Origin: a virus
Direction: 5' to 3' (one strand)
IMG/VR virus record: IMGVR_UViG_3300042893_000474
Location: 29,700-93,699 of that record
Length of the DNA: 64,000 nt
Below the pieces are notes generated by a model. It did not search any database. It was not told the DNA's origin and saw only the letters and a program-made list of their open reading frames with translations. Position 1 is the stretch's first letter, and each line of letters begins with the position of its first letter. Positions 1 to 9,101 of the stretch are shown in pieces. A program made the translations under genes and the position numbers.

Positions 1-2343
1 CATCATCACTCAAATATTATAGATAACTCTAGATACGTAGCGTCAGAGCATAATAAATCTCTACCTACTGACATAGATGATAGTAGAACGACAAGAGCAT
101 ACTATGGTTCTGTAAAAGTCTATAGACCAAACCAATATGGTCCATTAACAAATTTACGCTACCTCTCTACTGGATACTCAGTAGACATAAACATCAATCC
201 TAATAACGGGTTAGGTCAAATGCAAGAAACATACTATCCTGCATTTGGAGGAGATACATTTATCAATGCCTTTGCTTTAAAACGTAAGCATGCATTTTTC
301 CGTCAAAACTTAGCAGGTAAGCCAGATGATATCCCATTTAACTATTACTTGTTTCCTAACTTAGGATACCCTAGTCACTTTTATGGATACAATGCTGCCG
401 CTCAAGACATAGAAGCAGTTCTAAAAGACCAGTTGGACGACTTTCTTATTTGGGCATTAGTAGCAGCTGGTCTTGCAGGAGCCGCAGCTATATTTGGAGA
501 TGGTATTGCTGTAGGAGAAATAGCATTTGCTGCTTTAACTACAGGGTTTAAGTTAGCTACTTTAAATGTAGTATCCGACTTATTGGCTTCTACTAAACCT
601 TATGTATTTTTAGATCAAGATGAAACATTTGCAAACACTTGGTTAAGTATTGGAGTAGGTGGAACATACTTCTATTATAAGGGTATGATTTATTTATTCT
701 CTTACGGTCTTCCTATTTTCTTTGTTGAGTCTGACGTAAACGTAGATTTCCGTCATGGAAGAAATGACAAAGAAGAAAATTTCTATGGGGCTAAAGAACT
801 TGGAGAAGTTCCTGACGCATGGTTGCAAGAAGTAAACGTACCTATCAAGTACGATAACTTCTATTTTTATAACTCTACTTACTCCGCTCAAAATGTAATT
901 AACCCTAATTTCCCTTACAATGAAAATTACCCAGAACTTTATTGCGAAACTGACCTATACAATAGAGTAGTGTATTCAGATGCAGCAGGTAGATATGGTA
1001 AAGGGGATCCTTGGTTAAACTTTAGAAGAGGTAACTTCTACGACTTTCCTAAAACTCATGGTAGGTTAATAGCTTTAAATGGAGTAGAGAATGGAAAAGT
1101 ATATGCTCGTTTTGAAAACAACACTAAAGTCTACAATGCTATAATCACACTAGACAGTAACAATCCAATTGCTATGGAGATTGGAGATGCTAGTATGTTT
1201 AAACAAAAGCCTATTGAGATGTCTACTGCAGACATTGGATATTTAGGTACACAGCATAAAGCTTTTATAAAGACAACGCATGGTGGATTCTGGGTAGACG
1301 CTCGTAGAGGACATGTGTACCAAGTAACTAGTGGGGGTATTGATGAGATTTCTTTAAAAGGTTCTATGCAGTGGTTTAAAGAACATCTTCCATTTAAGAT
1401 TCTTAAAGACTTCCCTGACTTTCCAGTAGATAACAACTACAAAGGAATTGGTATTACTATGGGTTGGGATGAACGTTTCCATAGAATGTTCTTAACTAAA
1501 CTTGATTATCGGGTAAAAGAACAATACAGAGGATTAGTTACCTATGAAAATAAAAGGTTCTTCTACAATGATACTGAAATTGAGTTTGCTGATTTAACTT
1601 ATTTTGAGAATCACTCATACACAATTTCTTATAGTGTGTTATTGAAATCTTGGATTTCTTTCCACTCTTTCTTACCTAACGCTTATGTCTCTTTTATTGA
1701 TCACTTTCAGACAGTAACACAGACAGGCACTTGGAATCATAACTTATCTCCTCTTACTTATCAGACTTACTATAATCGTTTTTACCCTTATGTTATTGAG
1801 TATGCTGTAAACAATGCTCCCAATACTCATATGGTAAACTCAGTTACTTATAATCAAGATATTCATAAGTACTATAATAGAAACGATTACTATTCACTAG
1901 GCTCTTACAATGATAAGAACACACCTAACTTTACTAAAGCTATAGTTTATAACAAAGAGCAGACTTCAGGATTAGTTAACTTAATTGCACAGATTCCGAA
2001 TGATGCTCGTCAACGTTTGTTATACCCAAGGGTAAGTAGATTTGGAACAGAAGTTCTTTTGACTAAAAAAGATCTTAAGAATAACTTTAATGGATTCTGG
2101 GATGCTACTAATAACAAAGAAAATTTCCAAACTTTATTCAGTACTAAATGGGAAGATTTAAGTGCAGACTACCCTATTGATAAAGTAGTAAATCCAAAAG
2201 CTGTTATAACTACAACTAGACTTTCAGGCAAACAAAAGATTCGTTCTACGTTCTGTAAGATTAGACTTATTCAAGATAAGTTTAATCGTTATAAGTTCAT
2301 TAACAACTTACAATTAACCCAAACCACAAACTCCATAACATGA
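1..2343 (+). CDS. crAss-like tail stabilization / muzzle protein (5'-truncated by window)
   Basis: Frame 1 is open from base 1 (HHHSNII...YRPNQYG...) into the 220..2343 ORF. NQYG...GGDTFI, beta-propeller-like G-T-Q-H/FWVD/SWISFHSF motifs and the position just before the cargo genes fit crAss-like stabilization proteins. Confidence 0.75.
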   Translation, partial: HHHSNIIDNSRYVASEHNKSLPTDIDDSRTTRAYYGSVKVYRPNQYGPLTNLRYLSTGYSVDININPNNGLGQMQETYYPAFGGDTFINAFALKRKHAFFRQNLAGKPDDIPFNYYLFPNLGYPSHFYGYNAAAQDIEAVLKDQLDDFLIWALVAAGLAGAAAIFGDGIAVGEIAFAALTTGFKLATLNVVSDLLASTKPYVFLDQDETFANTWLSIGVGGTYFYYKGMIYLFSYGLPIFFVESDVNVDFRHGRNDKEENFYGAKELGEVPDAWLQEVNVPIKYDNFYFYNSTYSAQNVINPNFPYNENYPELYCETDLYNRVVYSDAAGRYGKGDPWLNFRRGNFYDFPKTHGRLIALNGVENGKVYARFENNTKVYNAIITLDSNNPIAMEIGDASMFKQKPIEMSTADIGYLGTQHKAFIKTTHGGFWVDARRGHVYQVTSGGIDEISLKGSMQWFKEHLPFKILKDFPDFPVDNNYKGIGITMGWDERFHRMFLTKLDYRVKEQYRGLVTYENKRFFYNDTEIEFADLTYFENHSYTISYSVLLKSWISFHSFLPNAYVSFIDHFQTVTQTGTWNHNLSPLTYQTYYNRFYPYVIEYAVNNAPNTHMVNSVTYNQDIHKYYNRNDYYSLGSYNDKNTPNFTKAIVYNKEQTSGLVNLIAQIPNDARQRLLYPRVSRFGTEVLLTKKDLKNNFNGFWDATNNKENFQTLFSTKWEDLSADYPIDKVVNPKAVITTTRLSGKQKIRSTFCKIRLIQDKFNRYKFINNLQLTQTTNSIT

Positions 2344-2717
2344 CACCAGAAGTAATTAGCTCAGTAAAACCCGAAGTGGTTTTAGGGCAGATGTTCCAGT
2401 CTAGAGATATGATGCACATTGCACATTTTCAAACTACATCTTACGCACAGCACACTACCTTACAAAAGTATTACGAAGGAATTCTAGAACTTGCAGACGA
2501 GATAACAGAAGTATACTTTGGTTGTCTAGGAAAAAGGTTAAACTTTAAAATCCCTTCTGCTGATTATATGAATCCTGAGACACACTTAAAGCAGTTTAAG
2601 GAGTACATAAAAAAGCATAGAACTGTTTTTGGTTCTGATAGAACAGATGTACAAAATCTTATAGATGAGTTAATCGCTTTAATCAATAAGACATTATATT
2701 TGCTTAGCTTAACTTAA
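2340..2717 (+). CDS. ferritin/Dps-like four-helix protein (DUF5856-like)
   Basis: H-x-x-H-F-Q-T-x-S-Y-A-Q-H...YY...D...E pattern and C-terminal 'N(L)IDE...NKTLYLLSL'; ATGA overlap with the upstream gene. Confidence 0.7.
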   Translation: MTPEVISSVKPEVVLGQMFQSRDMMHIAHFQTTSYAQHTTLQKYYEGILELADEITEVYFGCLGKRLNFKIPSADYMNPETHLKQFKEYIKKHRTVFGSDRTDVQNLIDELIALINKTLYLLSLT

Positions 2718-2728
2718 TTATTAGTATT

Positions 2729-2971
2729 ATGAATAACTCTAGTCTAAAAGATATGTACTATGCCAAAAAAGGTATGGTAATGAAAAAAGGCGGTAAGTGG
2801 ATACAAAAAGCTGTTTCTAAAAATCCAGGTTCTTTTACTGCACAAGCTAAACGTGCTGGTATGACTACAAGTGCATTCAGAGAAAAAGTATTATCTAATA
2901 AAGAAAAGTTTTCATCAACTACAGTAAAGAGAGCTAACCTAGCTAAAACTTTATCTAAAATGAAAAAGTAA
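2729..2971 (+). CDS. small basic internal virion protein
   Basis: 80 aa, Lys-rich. Contains the KWIQKA...PGSFTAQAK...KRANLAKTL module seen in phage cargo proteins, preceded by YAKKG/MKKGG motifs. Confidence 0.6.
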   Translation: MNNSSLKDMYYAKKGMVMKKGGKWIQKAVSKNPGSFTAQAKRAGMTTSAFREKVLSNKEKFSSTTVKRANLAKTLSKMKK

Positions 2972-4206
2972 TGAAGTCATCTCTATTTGAACACTACAAA
3001 AAAAAGTATGCTATAGGAGGTAAAACTCCCGTACGTAAAACTGGTATGTGGTATCAGAATGGTGACGTAGTTGTTCCTTCTAGTGAGATTACCATGAAGG
3101 GTCCTAACGGAGAAAAGGATTATTTTGATTCTCCTATAATGGGTATTGGTATGCTTTCAGGAGACACTCAAGTAATGCAGCCTGGACAAGACTATTCATT
3201 CCCCAATGACAATGCAGTTTATGAAAAGAAAATGCAAATAGGAGCTAAAGTAAAGAATGAAAACATGACTCCTGAACAGCAAGCACGTTTTAATTCTTAC
3301 CTAAAAAGTTCAGATTCCAGAAATATAAAAACTCCTGAATGGTTAGAATTATCTTCAGGTGCTACTAACTATGCTCGTAGATTAAATCGGATGAGTCAAC
3401 AAGAACTCATAGGTATGCCTGGTGATATTTCTCAAAATGTAAATAATGCTTTTAGACAAGGTATTGATTACTCTCTTAATGTTCCCACAAGTGCAGGTCA
3501 ATTTAGTACCGAAGGTTCTTATAACCCATTTGGCGAGAACACAGTACAAGACATGTATAGTGGATTAACCTACACAAAAAACTTACCAAAAGGTTCTATT
3601 AGAATTAGTCCTGAAGAACAAAAGTTAACTTATAGAGGAAAAAAAGGAAACGTAAGTTATAAGAAAAAGATGTCTGACGAAGAACAAATATCTGAACTAG
3701 CTTTTAACTTAAATTTTTTACCAGAAAGTCTTAGCATTTATGGAGGAGGCAAAACATCTAACGGTCTTCTTTCTGCCACAGGTAAGGATCCTAAATTTCA
3801 AGTAAACGATAACTACAATATCAACGCAGGTGTTCGAGGCGATATAGGTCCTTTGTCTTATGATGTAAGTGGTAACTATAATCCTGAAACAGGTTATCGT
3901 TATAATGCAGATGCACAGTTATCTCTACTTAAAGATAGATTACAGTTATCAGGTAATGTCGAAGGAAGTCAAGAACTAGGGTTAGAGTCTATATCTGCAG
4001 AAGCAAGAGCTAAAATATTAAAGAACTTAAATGTAAAAGCTGGCTACAGACAAAGTGGCAATAACCCAAGTTCTTATAATATTGGTTTAAGTTACAACAA
4101 AGCTTTTGGACAAGGAGGTATGTCCATACCAGGAGTTAATGGAAGTGTTATAGCTTCTGCACCAATGACTTTACAGAAGCAGTATAAAAATAAAAATAAG
4201 AAATGA
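2971..4206 (+). CDS. modular internal virion (cargo) protein with C-terminal beta-barrel-like domain
   Basis: YAIGG/MQIGA/FGQGG delimiters; N-terminal small domain (SEITMKG...MQPGQDYSFP); aa 164-379 show alternating amphipathic strands ending YNIGLSYNKAF. Confidence 0.55.
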   Translation: MKSSLFEHYKKKYAIGGKTPVRKTGMWYQNGDVVVPSSEITMKGPNGEKDYFDSPIMGIGMLSGDTQVMQPGQDYSFPNDNAVYEKKMQIGAKVKNENMTPEQQARFNSYLKSSDSRNIKTPEWLELSSGATNYARRLNRMSQQELIGMPGDISQNVNNAFRQGIDYSLNVPTSAGQFSTEGSYNPFGENTVQDMYSGLTYTKNLPKGSIRISPEEQKLTYRGKKGNVSYKKKMSDEEQISELAFNLNFLPESLSIYGGGKTSNGLLSATGKDPKFQVNDNYNINAGVRGDIGPLSYDVSGNYNPETGYRYNADAQLSLLKDRLQLSGNVEGSQELGLESISAEARAKILKNLNVKAGYRQSGNNPSSYNIGLSYNKAFGQGGMSIPGVNGSVIASAPMTLQKQYKNKNKK

Positions 4207-5852
4207 AAAAACAGATGATAAAACGGGCTGATGGTTCATATTCACAAAGAGGTCTTTGGGATAACATCCGTGCAAATCGTGGTAGTGGTAAGAAACCTAC
4301 TGCTCAGATGCTTAAACAAGAACGTAAGATTAAATCTAACATGGCTGAGGGAGGTGTAAACAATCCTGGATTCCAAGCATTGCCAGGATACGTTCAAGCT
4401 AAAATTAGAGCTAATATGCAAGAGGGAGGAATGACAGGTTCCCCTATTGTAGATATGATTAATAATCAATCTCAGATGCCTATGATGCAAATGGGAGGAA
4501 ATATGCCTCAAACTAGTGCAGGTCGTTCTGTACTTCAAGAAGCTATGGCAATGAGTACAATGCAGATGGGAGGTAAAATGCCTGCTGATATTGCACGTGC
4601 TCGTTTTATGGCTGCTGCTAATGGTGATGCCTCTAAAGCAAAAGAAACTGCTTCTAAGTATGGATACAAAATGCAAAATGGTGCTTTGAACTTAATGGGA
4701 GTTCCTAACATGAATGCAGGCACACCAGGGTTTGATTTTGCAAAAGCTTCTGCATATGCCACTGCACCTAAAGAAGAAGTTCCTACTGATATAGAGAGAA
4801 TGCAAGCTGTAGACATTAAAAAGAAACGTTCTTTTATGGATAGAGTAAAAGGCAATGTAAGAAGGGCAGGAAGAGCTGTTGGATTAGGTAGCCCTGTTCC
4901 TAAGACAGACTCTCAGCAAGTAATGGATGAAGTGATTGGTCAAGTTAGAGCAGACGAACAAGCACGTATAAAATCTAACGCACCTACTACTGCCGAGACA
5001 AGTAGAACTGCATTTAATAAAATTAAATCTGGCGATGTGTCAATGAAAAATATAGGTGACTATATGGAAGGTTTTGGTACTTATTTAAATGCAAGTAGCG
5101 ACAGAAATGTAGTAACTGATTTATTTGATATTACGGCAACAGGAGCAGCAGCAGTTGGTGCTGGTAATGCAGCAAATAATATTCTACAAACTAAACAAGC
5201 TGCACAACTAGCAATGCAATCTCCTGTTGGTAAAGCATTAGATTTAGTAAACCCACTTAGTATTGGAGCTAATTTAGTTTCAGGTACTGCAGATGCAATG
5301 GGAGAATTATCTGAAGGTAATTATGGAGAAGCTACTGGAGTTGCTGCTAAGACAGCAGCACTTGCTGCTTTAAAAGGTAAAGCAGGAAATGTATCTAAAA
5401 ATGCCCTAGGCAGAACAGCTAGTGCTATAAATAGAACTAAAGTAGGAAGTGCTGCAAGTAACGCTATTGGTTCTGCTACTAGACATGGAGTAGGACATCA
5501 ACTTGAGCATGCAGGACAACACATGTTACTCTCTCCTCTCCTAGCACATAAGAATGGAGGTACTATCCAAGATATGTACTATATGAAGAAGGGTGGACAG
5601 TTCCCAGACCGTTATAAGAAGATGGGATTTAGCGGAGTAGACAAACCTAAAAGAACTACAAGCGGAGGTAAGAGTCATGCAGTAGTTACTAAGGTTGATG
5701 GCAATTATAAATTAATTCGTTTTGGTCAAGCAGGTGTAACAGGAGATAGAACTAATACTAAGCGAGCAGCATCTTTTAAATCACGTCACGCAAAGAATAT
5801 AGCTAAAGGTAAATCTTCAGCTGCATACTGGGCTAATAAAGTAAAATGGTAA
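4203..5852 (+). CDS. modular internal virion (cargo) protein
   Basis: Seven M/H-x-x-G-G/A motifs separate short modules; Ala/Gly-rich central helices; basic C-terminal domain (LIRFGQ...SFKSRH...SAAYWANKVKW). Confidence 0.6.
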   Translation: MKKQMIKRADGSYSQRGLWDNIRANRGSGKKPTAQMLKQERKIKSNMAEGGVNNPGFQALPGYVQAKIRANMQEGGMTGSPIVDMINNQSQMPMMQMGGNMPQTSAGRSVLQEAMAMSTMQMGGKMPADIARARFMAAANGDASKAKETASKYGYKMQNGALNLMGVPNMNAGTPGFDFAKASAYATAPKEEVPTDIERMQAVDIKKKRSFMDRVKGNVRRAGRAVGLGSPVPKTDSQQVMDEVIGQVRADEQARIKSNAPTTAETSRTAFNKIKSGDVSMKNIGDYMEGFGTYLNASSDRNVVTDLFDITATGAAAVGAGNAANNILQTKQAAQLAMQSPVGKALDLVNPLSIGANLVSGTADAMGELSEGNYGEATGVAAKTAALAALKGKAGNVSKNALGRTASAINRTKVGSAASNAIGSATRHGVGHQLEHAGQHMLLSPLLAHKNGGTIQDMYYMKKGGQFPDRYKKMGFSGVDKPKRTTSGGKSHAVVTKVDGNYKLIRFGQAGVTGDRTNTKRAASFKSRHAKNIAKGKSSAAYWANKVKW

Positions 5853-5853
5853 T

Positions 5854-6006
5854 ATGGCAACTAAAAAAACAACCAAAGTAGTTTCTAACTCTGCTTCATT
5901 TAAAGAGAAGTCTAAAGTTAGTCGCCCTGGAGTTCATGCTAAAACTAAATCTTCTAAGTTAAAGCAGAGTAAGAACTATCAGAAAGCTTCGAGGGGTCAA
6001 GGTTAG
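5854..6006 (+). CDS. 50-aa highly basic protein (missed by ORF track)
   Basis: ATG 1 nt after the upstream stop; translates MATKKTTKVVSNSASFKEKSKVSRPGVHAKTKSSKLKQSKNYQKASRGQG*. The RPG.H.K...KNY.K..RGQG ending is typical of small basic phage proteins. Confidence 0.75.
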   Translation: MATKKTTKVVSNSASFKEKSKVSRPGVHAKTKSSKLKQSKNYQKASRGQG

Positions 6007-6013
6007 TATACTC

Positions 6014-6043
6014 TTGATTTTTATTGTTAATAGAGTATATTTG
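6014..6043 (+). promoter_or_regulatory. Bacteroidota sigma-70-type promoter
   Basis: TTG (6014-6016), 19-nt spacer, TATATTTG (6036-6043), in the intergenic gap upstream of 6105. Confidence 0.75.
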
Positions 6044-6104
6044 TATTTAAACTTTTTAAGTGCAAGTATATTTAACTTACAAAGTTAATTAATATTTAAA
6101 GTTA

Positions 6105-9098
6105 ATGAATACTGGAAAAAATAGAGTTAAAGGATTAAAGACTGAGCTTTTTAAGAAAAAGTATCAGACTAACCCTGTAGTAAATAACCCAACGAATCAG
6201 TTAGAGGGTAGGACTTTGTCAGACATGGTTACTGACAAAACTAAAGAATTTGAAGAAAAGTTAGCAACTCAACAAGCATACTTTAGTAGATACCCTTTAA
6301 AAATAAACAGTCCTAAGAAATATACTCCAGAAGAAATTAAGGCAATGCGTGAAGCATTTCCAATGTCTTCAGATGATTTTCAAACAGCTAATAGTTATGG
6401 GATTACAGGAATTCCTGATTTAATGCAAGGGCAAGATGTTAACGATATTCGTACTCAAGATCAGATATTAGGACAAACTGAACTCCTCACTTCTACTCCA
6501 AAGTCACTCCAAAATTTCCAAGACCCTAACTTCAATGAAAGAGTAAAGGCAGCCTCAGAAGAATCTCTTAACGCTAAACCTAGTTCTGATAGTAATTGGA
6601 AAGATATGTTTCGTGATACTGATTGGAGAAATGTAATTCGCACAGGTACAGGGCTTGTTTCTGCTACAAAAGGAATTTATGATGATGTCCAAACAAGAGG
6701 AGACATAAACCAACGTATTCAAAATTTAAATGACCGTCCTCGTTATATGCCTAACGAATATGAGTATATGGGAAGACCAGGAAGCCAGAGTGTAATTTAT
6801 GCTAAAGATGGTGCTATGATTCGTAGAGGCACAGAGTCAGGTGCAGAGGAAGCAGAGCTAGAACGTGGTGAAATGTTTATGTTGCCTAACATGGATAGTT
6901 ATGTAGTAGGAGGAAAGAAGCACTCACAAGGTGGAGAAGACTTTGTTTTGCCTGAAGGCACTATTGTATTCTCTGACCACTTAAAAGTTCCAGGATTAAA
7001 AAATACTTTTGCACAAGAAGCAAAAAAGTTTGATATAACTAAATACAAGGATACCCTTGAGAATCCCCATAGCAAGTCTGTAGATAGAACTACTGCTGAG
7101 GTTATGATGGATAGGAATATGAAAAAGCTCCAAGAGTTATTTCAGATTCAACAAGGTATTAATGGTGACTCTAATGGAGAGATGGAAGCTGAAGGTATTA
7201 AAAAAGGACAAAAAGGTTTAGTTAGTGTAGGATCCGTAGTTGCAGCAAACCAACCTCAAACTGCTTCTATGGCTCTCACTCCTGAGCAACAAAAAGAATA
7301 CTATCATAATCAAGGGATGTTTGATAACCCTAGCTATACATATGAAAATCGAGTAAAAAAAGCTTTTCCTGAAAAGTTTTCAAGTTGGAAAGAACAAGAC
7401 TTGAGTATTGTAGCAGATGAGGCTGATGCATTAACTAAACAGATACAAGATAGAGTTCAAGCTGCAGAAAATAATAGAGTAGCAGCACAAGCAAACCCTA
7501 ATCCCTCTGGTACTTTAGGAGCAAACCCAGTAACAGTAGCAAATAGTGCAACCGAACAAGTTAATAAAACGGCTGACCCTAGTGCTGCAGGAACTGTAAC
7601 CAATTCAAATGCAACAGATCCTTCTTCAATGCATTACAAAACTTTACCTAATGGTAAAAAAGTATTTGTAGAAGGTCAAGGAGAATTTAAAGGAAAAAGT
7701 TATAGAGACCAGTACGGAGGAGATGTATTTAACTTAGTTAGAAACAGATTAAATGAATACGGAGAAACTTTAAACCCTACTCTTTTATCTGCTTACCAAC
7801 TACAGATTAAGGATAAGAATTTAATGGTAAAAGACTCTAACCAACTTGTAGATATTATGGAATCAGGAAACCATTCTTTAGATTCTATGAGACAATTCTA
7901 CAAAGGTATTGGCATGGAGGATGCTTTGTTTAATCCTGAGTTAGACAGATCTAAAGATGGTAATGAAAGTCAAAAGAAAACAGCTCAATTATTTGCAGAC
8001 TATGTTAAAAGTCCTCAGTACCTAGCGGATGTTAAAGCAGGTAAAGCGTCTCCTTATATTCCTTGGTTAAAGACTCAACCAAAAGAAGTTAAAAATGCTA
8101 AAGGAGAAGTAACAGGATATACTTTAGACGCTCCTGAGATGAGTCAGGAGTTTACTCAAAAATATCAAGCAGCTTACAAAGCTTTTGGGGCAGTTAAACA
8201 AACACAGAAAGGAAAGTCCACAGACATGCTGAAAGGTTTTAGGATTGCTCCTGAAGGACTTTCGGATCACATGTGGATGGGACTTCCTATATCTCCTGTA
8301 GATGAATGGGGAGGTAATACAACAATTGGGCAGATTAGTGCTTTTGAAGATGAAGAACCTAAAAAACCTACAAAACCTCCAGGAACTCCAGTAAAAACTA
8401 CTGATAATGGAAATACTTATAATACTCAATTAGAAAATGCTACTATGGGTAAGTATACTCCTGAAGGATTTGATTATCCTCAGTTAGCTCCAGAGATTTA
8501 TGGAGCAGCGGCTAGTCAAATGTTTGCTTATGCTCCTATGGATTACAATGCTCCATATGTAATGCCTCAGACTTTGAATATTCAACCTCAACTTCAAGAT
8601 GTAGATAGTTCATATATGGCTGCACTTAATGCAGGGGCTGATCCTAACAGTGCATTGATTGCTACGTTAGGTGCTAAACAAAAACTATACTCAGAGAAAC
8701 AAAACTTTGACGGACAACAAAGAGCACAAGTTGATCAAATAAATGCAAGTGCTAGGTGGCAAGAGGATGTTCAGGATATGCAGTCTTTAGACAAAGTATA
8801 CAATACTTTGATTGCAGGTGCTGACGATGCTGTTACAGCACAACGCCAAGCCCTAGTAAAATCTGCATCTGATAAACGTGCAGTTTGGAAAATGGAAGAA
8901 GCTAGAAAACAATTCTGGTATAACAATTTTGTTAAGAGCTTTGACTATGACCCTAAGACACGTTCTATGACTGTTAAAAAAGATGCAAGTAAAGAATTTG
9001 TTAATCAACTTAGTGCAGCTTACGGCAATGATTTTTCAATTCCAGAAGTAGATGAAACCGCCACTGCTACTTCAAATACTACAACAATAAATAATTAA
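6105..9098 (+). CDS. crAss-like cargo/ejection protein
   Basis: 997 aa, no Cys; E-x-E-x-G-E...G-x-x-H-x-x-G-G...VFSD-x-LK motif; position directly upstream of the giant-protein triplet. Confidence 0.6.
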   Translation: MNTGKNRVKGLKTELFKKKYQTNPVVNNPTNQLEGRTLSDMVTDKTKEFEEKLATQQAYFSRYPLKINSPKKYTPEEIKAMREAFPMSSDDFQTANSYGITGIPDLMQGQDVNDIRTQDQILGQTELLTSTPKSLQNFQDPNFNERVKAASEESLNAKPSSDSNWKDMFRDTDWRNVIRTGTGLVSATKGIYDDVQTRGDINQRIQNLNDRPRYMPNEYEYMGRPGSQSVIYAKDGAMIRRGTESGAEEAELERGEMFMLPNMDSYVVGGKKHSQGGEDFVLPEGTIVFSDHLKVPGLKNTFAQEAKKFDITKYKDTLENPHSKSVDRTTAEVMMDRNMKKLQELFQIQQGINGDSNGEMEAEGIKKGQKGLVSVGSVVAANQPQTASMALTPEQQKEYYHNQGMFDNPSYTYENRVKKAFPEKFSSWKEQDLSIVADEADALTKQIQDRVQAAENNRVAAQANPNPSGTLGANPVTVANSATEQVNKTADPSAAGTVTNSNATDPSSMHYKTLPNGKKVFVEGQGEFKGKSYRDQYGGDVFNLVRNRLNEYGETLNPTLLSAYQLQIKDKNLMVKDSNQLVDIMESGNHSLDSMRQFYKGIGMEDALFNPELDRSKDGNESQKKTAQLFADYVKSPQYLADVKAGKASPYIPWLKTQPKEVKNAKGEVTGYTLDAPEMSQEFTQKYQAAYKAFGAVKQTQKGKSTDMLKGFRIAPEGLSDHMWMGLPISPVDEWGGNTTIGQISAFEDEEPKKPTKPPGTPVKTTDNGNTYNTQLENATMGKYTPEGFDYPQLAPEIYGAAASQMFAYAPMDYNAPYVMPQTLNIQPQLQDVDSSYMAALNAGADPNSALIATLGAKQKLYSEKQNFDGQQRAQVDQINASARWQEDVQDMQSLDKVYNTLIAGADDAVTAQRQALVKSASDKRAVWKMEEARKQFWYNNFVKSFDYDPKTRSMTVKKDASKEFVNQLSAAYGNDFSIPEVDETATATSNTTTINN

Positions 9099-9101
9099 AC
9101 T

